From contig JAVCBU010000006.1 in NCBI GenBank assembly GCA_037917685.1, positions 64,001-128,000 on the forward strand: a stretch of 64,000 nt of DNA, written 5' to 3'. A program made the translations under genes and the position numbers. The number at the start of each line of letters is the position of its first letter. Positions within the stretch are counted from its first letter, which is position 1. This document shows, one piece after another, positions 10,142-18,537 of the stretch. A model generated the notes under the pieces. The model searched no databases, was not told where the DNA came from, and saw only the letters and a list, made by a program, of their open reading frames with translations. This DNA comes from Thermoproteota archaeon. GTDB lineage: Archaea > Korarchaeota > Korarchaeia > Korarchaeales > JAOZGB01.

Positions 10142-10618
10142 ATGGGCTGGTATGACGCTCCATTCGTGCCAACAGATGAGAATGTAGTCAGAGAAATGCT
10201 AAAGTTGGCCGAGCTTAAACCAGGCGAGATATTATACGACTTAGGATCCGGAGACGGGAGGATAGTTGTGATTGCTGCTAAGGAATTTAAAGCCAGGGCT
10301 GTAGGGATTGAGGTTAGAAAGGACCTTATCAAGAGATCTTGGGAGAATGCTAGGAAGGCGGGAGTGTTGGACAAGGTTAGATTTATTAATGCGAATTTTT
10401 TCCACGTTGATATAAGCGAGGCTGATGTGGTAACTCTTTTTCTACTAACATCTACAAATGAGAAGCTAAGGCCTAAACTGGAATCAGAACTCAAAGAGGG
10501 AGCCAGAGTCGTATCTCATGAGTTTGAGATCAGGCCATGGAAGCCTGAAAGAATGGAGATCGTAAGCGATGGTTTAAACACACATAAACTGCTTCTATAT
10601 AGGATTAAGAAGGAGTAG
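10142..10618 (+). CDS. SAM-dependent methyltransferase (archaeal protein-lysine MTase/FAM173-like)
   Basis: PFVPT, YDLGSGDGRIV, ADVVTLFL, RVVSHEF. Confidence 0.85.
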   Translation: MGWYDAPFVPTDENVVREMLKLAELKPGEILYDLGSGDGRIVVIAAKEFKARAVGIEVRKDLIKRSWENARKAGVLDKVRFINANFFHVDISEADVVTLFLLTSTNEKLRPKLESELKEGARVVSHEFEIRPWKPERMEIVSDGLNTHKLLLYRIKKE

Positions 10619-12398
10619 GCGTGTAGAAGTACTCTCCCGCTTCACGTGCAAGCCTGTCAAGTCTACTTCCCGGCTTATTAACTCTAGCTCTTCCAGTTTC
10701 AGGATCTCTTCTAAAAGTTATATCTAAAAGTTTTAAGAACATGTTTAACGCTTTATGAACGGGTAAAGGGGGTGATGCATGCCCTCTTATACCAGGATCT
10801 CCTGTGAAGAGGATTATTCTATCAGCTATAGATTCGACAAGGAGGATATCATGCTCTACTAAAATGCATATTTTATTGGTACCTTCAATCCGCCTCTTTA
10901 TTGCTTTAGCTGCCGCATAACGCATTTCAACGTCGAGGAAGGCGCTTGGCTCATCTATTAGGTATATGTCAGCGTCTCTACCTAATGTTAATGCTATAGC
11001 CACCCTTTGTAGCTCGCCCCCACTAAGTTGATTCAGTCTTCTGTCCATTATAGGTGTTAAGTTAAGTCTGCTGAGTACTTCTGATTTGAAGAAGCTTGAC
11101 CTCGTGTTTTTCCCCAGAGCCTTTGAAAGAATGGATCTGACGGTTCCTTCATAATCTCTCCTGAGATATTGCGGTTTGTAGGCTACTTTAAGTTTCTCAG
11201 GCCATATTTCACCGTAAACAGGCTCTATTATACCAGCTACTAGTTTAACAAAACTAGTTTTTCCTATACCATTGGGTCCTACACAAACTATCGTCTCACC
11301 CGCCTTGAGTTCGCCTGGTTCTACAGTGAGCTCAAATCCCCCATCATACTTTAGATATATCTCTGAATAGCCACTTACCTTTTCAACAGCAGTTATCAGA
11401 CCTGACGGTCTTTTTTTAAATATGATTGGTTCAGATCTGAACCTAACATTCTCATCAGGTAGGTATCCTCTTAGGAATATGTTTATTCCTTCTCGCACAC
11501 CATAGGGATTGCTTACTATTCCATAAGCTCCGGGAACTCCGTATAATACATGTATGTAGTCGCTCAGGTAGTCTAATACTGCCAGATCATGCTCAACTAC
11601 TAAGACAGATTTATCCCTCTTAGCTGCAAGATTTCTGATCATTTTGGCAATTTTCATCCTTTGGAATACATCGAGGTAGTTTGTTGGCTCATCGAAAAGG
11701 TATATATCCGCTTCTCTTAATAATGACACTGCAACTGCTACGGTTTGCAGTTCCCCTCCGCTGATTGAAGTTATATCGTTATTTAATATGTTGTCAATGC
11801 CCAGTTTTTTCGCAACCTCCTTGTGCATATCGTAGTCGTCATAATCTTTAAGAAGATCTCTAACTTTACCAGGAAACATTTTAGGTATTAAGTCTATTCT
11901 CTCTGGTTTTATAGATAGTTTTATCTCGCCTTTTAATAGTTTTTCAAAGTATGGCTGAAGTTCTGAGCCTCTAAACATCGATATTATCTCTTTCAGAGAA
12001 GGTTCCTTGCCAGGGTCTCCAAAATTAATCTTAAGCTTTCCGGAAAGTATCTTCAAAACCGTGGATTTTCCAACACCATTCTGGCCGATAAGCCCGACCA
12101 CTTTTCCAGGTCTTAAAAGGGGGAGCCTACAGAGAAGGAAACCATTTTCATCGTATCTGAATATCTCGTCCCCCTCTGCTGGCTCCGGAAGCCTGACTAT
12201 ATTAATAGCTGAGAAGGGACATTTTTTGACGCACATACCGCAACCAGTACAGAGTTCTTCTACGATCCTCATTTTTCCATCTTCGTCTATGTAAACAACT
12301 TTACCACCTGATCTGTTGATGGGACAGTATTTTACACATTCAAGGCCGCACTTTTCTGGTCTGCATTTTTCTCTATCTACTACAGCTATTCTACGCAT
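10605..12398 (-). CDS. rli1: Ribosome recycling ATPase ABCE1/Rli1
   Basis: N-terminal twin Fe-S motif (CRPEKC...CP; CTGCGMCVKKCP), two ABC domains, ITFRRD. Confidence 0.97.
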   Translation of the reverse strand: MRRIAVVDREKCRPEKCGLECVKYCPINRSGGKVVYIDEDGKMRIVEELCTGCGMCVKKCPFSAINIVRLPEPAEGDEIFRYDENGFLLCRLPLLRPGKVVGLIGQNGVGKSTVLKILSGKLKINFGDPGKEPSLKEIISMFRGSELQPYFEKLLKGEIKLSIKPERIDLIPKMFPGKVRDLLKDYDDYDMHKEVAKKLGIDNILNNDITSISGGELQTVAVAVSLLREADIYLFDEPTNYLDVFQRMKIAKMIRNLAAKRDKSVLVVEHDLAVLDYLSDYIHVLYGVPGAYGIVSNPYGVREGINIFLRGYLPDENVRFRSEPIIFKKRPSGLITAVEKVSGYSEIYLKYDGGFELTVEPGELKAGETIVCVGPNGIGKTSFVKLVAGIIEPVYGEIWPEKLKVAYKPQYLRRDYEGTVRSILSKALGKNTRSSFFKSEVLSRLNLTPIMDRRLNQLSGGELQRVAIALTLGRDADIYLIDEPSAFLDVEMRYAAAKAIKRRIEGTNKICILVEHDILLVESIADRIILFTGDPGIRGHASPPLPVHKALNMFLKLLDITFRRDPETGRARVNKPGSRLDRLAREAGEYFYTPTPS

Positions 12399-12409
12399 AT
12401 TGATCAGCT

Positions 12410-13783
12410 TCAGTACGATTTGGTCCTCCACCTATTCCATTTAAAGAATGCAGAGAGAGAATCGACAGCTTTATATGGCTCGTCATATGCTGGTACGCCA
12501 TGATAATTAAGTTCATTTATTGCAAGCTGTGTTTTCGATCCCCCAATCAGAGATGCTACTACGGGTTTATCCTGTGCTCTCACAGATGAAGCTATAGTCT
12601 TTGCGATCATGACAGGGTTGGTGACTGCTGTTTCGCAGTATAACACTATAATGGCGTTAACTTCTTCGCTTGAAAGGCAGGTAGTTATAGCTCCTTTGTA
12701 GTCTTCTTCGGAAGCCATTCCGGTAAGATCGATAGGGTTTTTGACGCTGCCGAATGGTGGCATAAATCTGCGTAGTTTATTCTTCAGCTCGTCTGATGGG
12801 TCTATAAGTGGTATGGATAATTTTTCGCAGACATCAGACGCCATCACTCCGACGCCTCCTCCGTTTGTGATTATTATAGTGTTGTATCCGTGGAATTTAA
12901 AGTTGGAAGAGAATATTCTGGCCCAGTTAAACGCTTGAGAAACAGTTGAGGCCATTAATACTCCAGATTGTTTGAAAGCCGCTTTGTATACTTGAGCACT
13001 ACCAGCAAGACTGCCGGTGTGTGAGCTGGCTGCTATCATCCCTCTTTTGCTCACTCCCGATTTTAAAGCTATTATAGGCTTGTTTATTGATGTTTCCAGG
13101 GCAGCTTCCATGAATCTTCTTCCATCCTTCACCCCTTCTATGTATATCAGTATAACCTTAGTCGAGTTGTCCCAGTTAAAATATTCAATGAAGTCTGCAT
13201 CGTCTAAATCCGCCTTATTACCTATGCTCACGATGGCAGATAGCCCTATCCTCTCAGTGATAGTCCAACCCATTAAAGCTATGCCGAGAGCCCCAGACTG
13301 GGTTACGAATGCTATGGAACCCTTGAGAACATCTTTAGGGCCAAATGTCGCATTAAGATCTGAGGCTGCGCAATAGACTCCAAATATGTTGGGACCTAGT
13401 ATCCTCAATCCACCTTCCTTAGCGGTTTCAACGATCTCAGCTTCGAGCCGCCTATTTCCAACTTCTCCAAATCCACTCGTGATAACCGCAGCAACCTTAA
13501 CTTTGGACTTAACACAATCTTTTATAACTGGGTGTACTGCCTGGGCGGGTACAACTATTATTGCTAGATCTACTGGTTTTCCTATCGATGATACGTTAGG
13601 ATAACATTTTAGCCCGAGTACCTCTGTGGCTCGGGGGTTTACAGGATAAACTTGACCTTTAAATCCGTATTCTATGATGTTTTTAAGGATTTCATGACCT
13701 ATTTTTCCCGGGGTTCTGGAGGCTCCTACAACGGCTATAGAAGAAGGATTCATAAGGTATCGTATTGCCTTGAACGCTGACAT
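12410..13783 (-). CDS. acdA: ADP-forming acetate/acyl-CoA ligase alpha subunit
   Basis: IAVVGAS...GKIG, GPNIFG, QSGALG, SHTGSLAG, NGGGVG, NPIDLTG. Confidence 0.9.
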   Translation of the reverse strand: MSAFKAIRYLMNPSSIAVVGASRTPGKIGHEILKNIIEYGFKGQVYPVNPRATEVLGLKCYPNVSSIGKPVDLAIIVVPAQAVHPVIKDCVKSKVKVAAVITSGFGEVGNRRLEAEIVETAKEGGLRILGPNIFGVYCAASDLNATFGPKDVLKGSIAFVTQSGALGIALMGWTITERIGLSAIVSIGNKADLDDADFIEYFNWDNSTKVILIYIEGVKDGRRFMEAALETSINKPIIALKSGVSKRGMIAASSHTGSLAGSAQVYKAAFKQSGVLMASTVSQAFNWARIFSSNFKFHGYNTIIITNGGGVGVMASDVCEKLSIPLIDPSDELKNKLRRFMPPFGSVKNPIDLTGMASEEDYKGAITTCLSSEEVNAIIVLYCETAVTNPVMIAKTIASSVRAQDKPVVASLIGGSKTQLAINELNYHGVPAYDEPYKAVDSLSAFFKWNRWRTKSY

Positions 13784-13811
13784 ATGTATAGTATGGCTAA
13801 AACCACATAAA

Positions 13812-14333
13812 TTAAAAGTTTTTACGAGATTCTTTGAGAAGCTTCCACACCTTATCGCCTACATGGTGATACACTCTTACAGCTTTACCACGTTTGTCAC
13901 TCTTAACTTTAGATGGTGGTAATAGTAACTTACCCACCGCTATGATTGAATGATGTTTTTCGTCATCTACTGCTACAAGATTACCTTCTTGGGCTTCAGC
14001 ATCTATCTTAACGATGCCAGGAGCCATTACATCCGCTCCTTTAGCTATGTAGGGGATTGCGCCTAGATCTACGGTTACTCTTGGGATTCGTAGATTGAAG
14101 CTCTCAACTGCTTCTATGGTTACAAATTCTTTATTTTCTAACTCTACGACTATGGGGACCCCCTGATAATATGTTATTTTTATCTCCCTTCCTGATATTT
14201 TGGTTGTACCTATTTCAAATACGCATTTTTCTGGGAGAATCTGGAGTAGGAAGGGGAATTTCTTAGTTAGCTCTTCGCGGAGTCTCTTAGACTCTCTCCT
14301 ACCCAAACTTCTTTTTCTGATCTCTGAACCCAT
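13812..14333 (-). CDS. PUA-domain RNA-binding protein (DUF1947/MCT-1-like)
   Basis: VDLGAIPYIAKGADVMAPGI, KGKAV-like RGKAV...HHVGD. Confidence 0.85.
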   Translation of the reverse strand: MGSEIRKRSLGRRESKRLREELTKKFPFLLQILPEKCVFEIGTTKISGREIKITYYQGVPIVVELENKEFVTIEAVESFNLRIPRVTVDLGAIPYIAKGADVMAPGIVKIDAEAQEGNLVAVDDEKHHSIIAVGKLLLPPSKVKSDKRGKAVRVYHHVGDKVWKLLKESRKNF

Positions 14334-14391
14334 AATAGTAAAGGGTCATTAGGATGTTTTATATGTGAGGGTTGCCAGCTGTTATAGTGTA

Positions 14392-16266
14392 ATGATTAGG
14401 GAGGTTAGACTAAGGAACTTCATGACGTTCAAAGATGAAACGGTGGTACCCTTTACTGACGGTTTGAACGTTATTACAGGGCCTAATGGTGCTGGAAAAT
14501 CTTCTATAGTCTCAGCTATCCAGTTATGTCTCGGATCGCTTGGTAGAGAGAGGCTTAGACGTCTCTCGGACTTTATCAGGTGGGGAGAGAGGGAGGCTGA
14601 AATTTCGGTAATCTTGGACAATAGTGATAGTAAATTTGATGTGAATAGCGATCATGTTACAATAACCAGAATCTTACAGAGAGGCAGAGCTACAGAGAAT
14701 TATCTTAATGGACGATGGATAAGATTTAGGGATTTACGCGAACTGTTAGACAGGGCTAAAATCGATGCAGATAACCCCCTTGCTATAGTAACCCAGGGAA
14801 AAGCCAACAGATGGATAGAATTAAAGCCTAGAGAGCGATTAAAATATCTTGAATCCATACTTGGGATCTTGGAATTCCACGAATCTGTCATAGGGCTCAG
14901 AGATAGGGTATCTAAAATCAAGGAGAAATTGGCAGAACTCAATAATAACTTGTTAGAGCTTGAAAACAGGCTTAATGAGAAGATAGAGGAGGAAGAAAAG
15001 TACGAGAGAAAAATGAAGCTTCAACTTGAGTTATTGGAGCTGGAAAAGCTTAGGAAATTTGCCGTTGTAAATTATAGAAAGCAGGTTCTAATAGGCGAAA
15101 TGAGGAACCTGAAAAAGGCAGAAGCTGACCTTGAAACCCTTAAGTCAAAAATTTCAGAGAGAAAAGCCCTCATAGAAGGGCTAGAATCCAAAATTGAAAA
15201 GCTTGAAGTTGAAGAGGCTAGACTAATAGGCACCCAAAAGGAGCTTGAAGAAAGTATACGCATCGTTGAGGCAGAACTCGACAGGATTATTGGAGAGATA
15301 AAAGTTAACGATCAAAATACCTACGTTAAAATGATTAATTTATTTAGAAAAGCCGTAGACACAGTGAAAAGGCTGAAAAATCTTTACTTTAAATACCATT
15401 TAGTTTTTGAAAGACTAAAGTCAACTCAGTTCGAGATTGAACGCCGTAGATTGCTGCTTAAGAGAGCAGAAGCCTCGCTTAAGAGGCTTAATAACAGGTT
15501 ATCTACCCTAAAAGAAAACTTAGAAATGTTAAGGGATAGAATTATAGATTTACAGAACAGTTTGAAGAGCGCTGAGGCTGAAGTAAGAGGGATAGAACCG
15601 CCTGGAGAAGTTCCTGATCTTGATTATATTGATAGGAGGATCATAGAGGTCGAAGCTGAGCTAAAAGCCTACGGAAAAGTAGGCGAATACGCAAAAGAAG
15701 AGGTTCAAAGGTTAAGAGAAATATATAAAACTCTTGAAACTAAGAAAAAGGAAATAATGGAGGAACTTGAAGGGTGTATCACAGAGTACAATGAAGCATT
15801 CAGAAAGTGGAAGACAGAAATCATGGAAATCGCCACTAAGATAAACGATGCGTTTGAAGATATACTTAGAGTCGTTGATGGTAAGGGGTATGTCAAGATA
15901 GTGAACGCTAGCGATCCCAATGAGGCTGGTATAGAGATATATGCCGGCCTAAAAGGTGTATCTCCTCAGCCGGTAAGCAGTCTGTCTCATTCCGGTGGTG
16001 AGAGAACAATCATCACGATAGCTTTTATAGTTGCATTACATAGGCTTACAGAAATGCCCTTTAGAATACTAGATGAGTTTGAGGTCCATTTAGATCCAAT
16101 AAACCTTGAACTCGTATCTAAACTTCTAAAAGAAGCATCTAAGGATGCCCAATACATAATAATAACACCCTTGAGGTGGAGAATACCTCCCGATGCAGAT
16201 ACAGTGATCCTGGTGGAAAGAGGGCAAAAAGAACAGGCAATGGTAAAACTCTACAAAAAGGATTGA
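14392..16266 (+). CDS. SMC-superfamily ATPase, short Smc5/6-related (coalescin ClsN-like)
   Basis: GPNGAGKS, Q-loop VTQG, long coiled coil, HSGGE, PFRILDEFEVHLD, YIIITP. Confidence 0.85.
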   Translation: MIREVRLRNFMTFKDETVVPFTDGLNVITGPNGAGKSSIVSAIQLCLGSLGRERLRRLSDFIRWGEREAEISVILDNSDSKFDVNSDHVTITRILQRGRATENYLNGRWIRFRDLRELLDRAKIDADNPLAIVTQGKANRWIELKPRERLKYLESILGILEFHESVIGLRDRVSKIKEKLAELNNNLLELENRLNEKIEEEEKYERKMKLQLELLELEKLRKFAVVNYRKQVLIGEMRNLKKAEADLETLKSKISERKALIEGLESKIEKLEVEEARLIGTQKELEESIRIVEAELDRIIGEIKVNDQNTYVKMINLFRKAVDTVKRLKNLYFKYHLVFERLKSTQFEIERRRLLLKRAEASLKRLNNRLSTLKENLEMLRDRIIDLQNSLKSAEAEVRGIEPPGEVPDLDYIDRRIIEVEAELKAYGKVGEYAKEEVQRLREIYKTLETKKKEIMEELEGCITEYNEAFRKWKTEIMEIATKINDAFEDILRVVDGKGYVKIVNASDPNEAGIEIYAGLKGVSPQPVSSLSHSGGERTIITIAFIVALHRLTEMPFRILDEFEVHLDPINLELVSKLLKEASKDAQYIIITPLRWRIPPDADTVILVERGQKEQAMVKLYKKD

Positions 16267-16309
16267 TTTCCCCACATTACCCTGGTGGACAACGATTTGA
16301 AAAGTTGAG

Positions 16310-16451
16310 TCCCGGCGGCCGGATTCTCTCCTTGATTCGAACCGGCGACCCGCTGGTTTCTGCGAGCAGCCGCTGGCGGGTTAGCGCATGCCAGCGCTAA
16401 CTACAGCCAGCTGCTCTATAGCGGCCTGTACTACCACTGAGCTACGCCGGG
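16310..16451 (-). tRNA. tRNA-Tyr(GTA) with three introns (20/21, 37/38, 59/60)
   Basis: Exons 16451-16433, 16417-16401, 16357-16336 and 16323-16310 give a 72-nt cloverleaf with C1-G72 and A73; introns of 15, 43 and 12 nt with BHB-like junctions. Confidence 0.85.
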
Positions 16452-16507
16452 ACAATAAAATCATTGTTAGAACTGAGATATTAAGTTTACGCTCAATATT
16501 CGATAGA

Positions 16508-16515
16508 TTTATATT
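16508..16515 (+). promoter_or_regulatory. TATA box of tRNA-Asp
   Basis: TTTATATT about 25 nt upstream of the tRNA 5' end. Confidence 0.55.
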
Positions 16516-16538
16516 AGGGGGAGGGAAATTAGATTAAT

Positions 16539-16612
16539 GCCCGGGTGGTGTAGCCAGGCTAGCATAGGGGCCTGTCGAGCCTCTGACTCGGGTTCAAATC
16601 CCGACCCGGGCG
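16539..16612 (+). tRNA. tRNA-Asp(GTC)
   Basis: GCCCGGG/CCCGGGC acceptor stem, GGGGC-CT GTC GA-GCCTC, TTCAAAT. Confidence 0.95.
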
Positions 16613-16665
16613 TTTCCTCATGTGGAAGCGTAACTGTTAAAATCAATAACGAGCATATTAGATAT

Positions 16666-16766
16666 GGGCCCGTAGCTCAGTATGGTAGAGCACCGGAGTT
16701 TCCGGTGAAGCTTTTAAACCGGGTTAAGAAACCCGGGGGTCGTGGGTTCAAATCCCGCCGGGCCCG
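16666..16766 (+). tRNA. tRNA-Lys(TTT) with two introns (30/31, 37/38)
   Basis: Removing 16697-16709 and 16717-16730 gives a 74-nt cloverleaf with CCGGG-CT TTT AA-CCCGG. Confidence 0.88.
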
Positions 16767-16860
16767 TTCCATTTAAAGGGGGTTATTTTCCGATCGAACA
16801 CAATGATTAAGTTTTTTAACAAAGATTGGCTTTTTAGCAATTAAAAGAAACAGGTGTCAT

Positions 16861-17331
16861 GTGATGAAGCGGTCGAAAACTCTTAAACAGAAAGACTACG
16901 ACATTCTCGCAGAACTTGTTAGGGATGGGAGAATAACATATACAGAGCTTGCGAAGAAAGTTGGTATGTCTCCTGCTGGCGTGTTAAAAAAGGTACGTAG
17001 TTTAGAGGAGGAAAAAATAATTCTCGGTTACACTGCAATTTTAAACCATGAAAAACTAGGTAAGAAGCTTAAACTACTAATATTTGTTAAATGCTCCGCT
17101 GGTAAACACTCTATAGTTTCAAGGCAGATTAAAAAAGTCGCTGCTAACTCCATTCTAGAGATCCATGAAATAACGGGAGACTATGACGTAGTCGTTAAAG
17201 CTGTGGTGAGGGATAGAAATGAGGCCAAGGATCTAATCGCACGGGTATCATCGATACCACATGTTGTTTCCACAAGTACTAGCATGGTACTCGACACCGT
17301 ATTAGAACGTCCGTCCATAGCTCCATCATAA
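16861..17331 (+). CDS. Lrp/AsnC family transcriptional regulator
   Basis: DGRITYTELAKKVG HTH, ILGYTA, ITGDYDVVVK. Confidence 0.93.
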   Translation: MMKRSKTLKQKDYDILAELVRDGRITYTELAKKVGMSPAGVLKKVRSLEEEKIILGYTAILNHEKLGKKLKLLIFVKCSAGKHSIVSRQIKKVAANSILEIHEITGDYDVVVKAVVRDRNEAKDLIARVSSIPHVVSTSTSMVLDTVLERPSIAPS

Positions 17332-18312
17332 AACTATCTTTGAAAATTGTTCTGTTAACGGTTTGGCAGGTATTTTTAGTTTCTTATTTACCGCATATGA
17401 TAGGGATTCAGGGTAACCAAAGACAGTATAGACGCGTTTAGGCCGACAGCTAACTATGTATTTAAGGAGTGACGGGTAATCAGCATGTGAGCTGAGTGGA
17501 AACCCAAACTCTCCATCTATTAGTATTCTTCCCGTGGCAGAAGCCGTTAGAACCTTCCTTCCAGCCCAGCTTTTAAGTTGAATTGGTGAGACTATGAGCT
17601 TAGCTTCTTTAACATCAGACACGAGATTCCTCGTCACACGGCTAACGCCGTACTTCTCATACACTCTGTTAACTCGGTAAACTGAAGGGTGAGGTAAGAT
17701 GGGTATGTTAGTAAGTAAACCAAATATAGCCTCGATCTCCTGCGATTTACCAGCAGTATACCCTTTGAAACATGCAAGCTTACCGTACTCAACGGTTGAA
17801 GCCGCCCACCTGATCATTTGCATCCATATCTGTTGTGGATTGCCGAATCTGAAGTTAGGATGTCCATATGTGGCTTCCACTATTAATATGTCTATATCTT
17901 CCGGTACTACCGCGTCATGCAATGTAGATAGACTTGGCCTATTATTAAGATCACCTGTATATGCAATCCTTAGATTTCCATCATCGATTATAAAACCCCT
18001 CGAACCTAACATATGCCCAGAAGGATAGACTGAAACCTGGTATCTATCTTTAAAAAGTATCGGTTTTCCCAGAGAGATCTCTCTTATCCATCCAGCAGCC
18101 CCATGCCTAGCTGCTATTATATCCTTAGTTTCAGGAGAGCTATAAACCTCGAAGGACACATAAGACGATTTCGGAGTTGGATAATGATCTGAATGCGCAT
18201 GAGATATGAGATATAAGTCTACCCCCTCTTTTAGTTTTAAAGGGTCAAATATTACTCTGAAATCTTGAAATTCGAGTTCAATTCCATCCATGTAGCGAAG
18301 CCTAATATTCAT
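17326..18312 (-). CDS. Metallo-beta-lactamase/beta-CASP nuclease
   Basis: SHAHSDH, GHMLGS, YTGD, EATYG, SSHAD. Confidence 0.85.
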   Translation of the reverse strand: MNIRLRYMDGIELEFQDFRVIFDPLKLKEGVDLYLISHAHSDHYPTPKSSYVSFEVYSSPETKDIIAARHGAAGWIREISLGKPILFKDRYQVSVYPSGHMLGSRGFIIDDGNLRIAYTGDLNNRPSLSTLHDAVVPEDIDILIVEATYGHPNFRFGNPQQIWMQMIRWAASTVEYGKLACFKGYTAGKSQEIEAIFGLLTNIPILPHPSVYRVNRVYEKYGVSRVTRNLVSDVKEAKLIVSPIQLKSWAGRKVLTASATGRILIDGEFGFPLSSHADYPSLLKYIVSCRPKRVYTVFGYPESLSYAVNKKLKIPAKPLTEQFSKIVL

Positions 18313-18378
18313 AGCTACCTATAGTTTAAGACCTCAAATTTTTAATTCTAAACCTCAGTAGTAACTATGGTTATAGAT

Positions 18379-18537
18379 ATGTCAAAACGCAAAAGGAGGA
18401 CGTTAATGCCTATGGGGACGGCTGGACTGCTAAGTTTCCAAACTGAAGAGTCAGGAGGCATAAAGATAAAACCTTGGATGGTGATCGTCACCACAATAGG
18501 CGTAGTGGCCGCTGAAGTGATAATTAGGCTTATATGA
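18379..18537 (+). CDS. secG: Preprotein translocase subunit Sec61beta (not in ORF track)
   Basis: Hand translation MSKRKRRTLMPMGTAGLLSFQTEESGGIKIKPWMVIVTTIGVVAAEVIIRLI: AGLL.F..E...IKI.P plus a C-terminal TM helix. Confidence 0.85.
   Translation: MSKRKRRTLMPMGTAGLLSFQTEESGGIKIKPWMVIVTTIGVVAAEVIIRLI

Noticed and set aside
16358-16400. Alternative splicing of tRNA-Tyr intron 2 to give a GCT or GCA anticodon
   Set aside because: The body has Tyr identity (C1-G72, A73, short variable loop), and the alternative products give wrong loop sizes or identities.
16176-16776. Short ORFs 16176-16400 and 16537-16776 (also 35449-35694 and 57542-57790)
   Set aside because: They overlap tRNA genes and are spurious.
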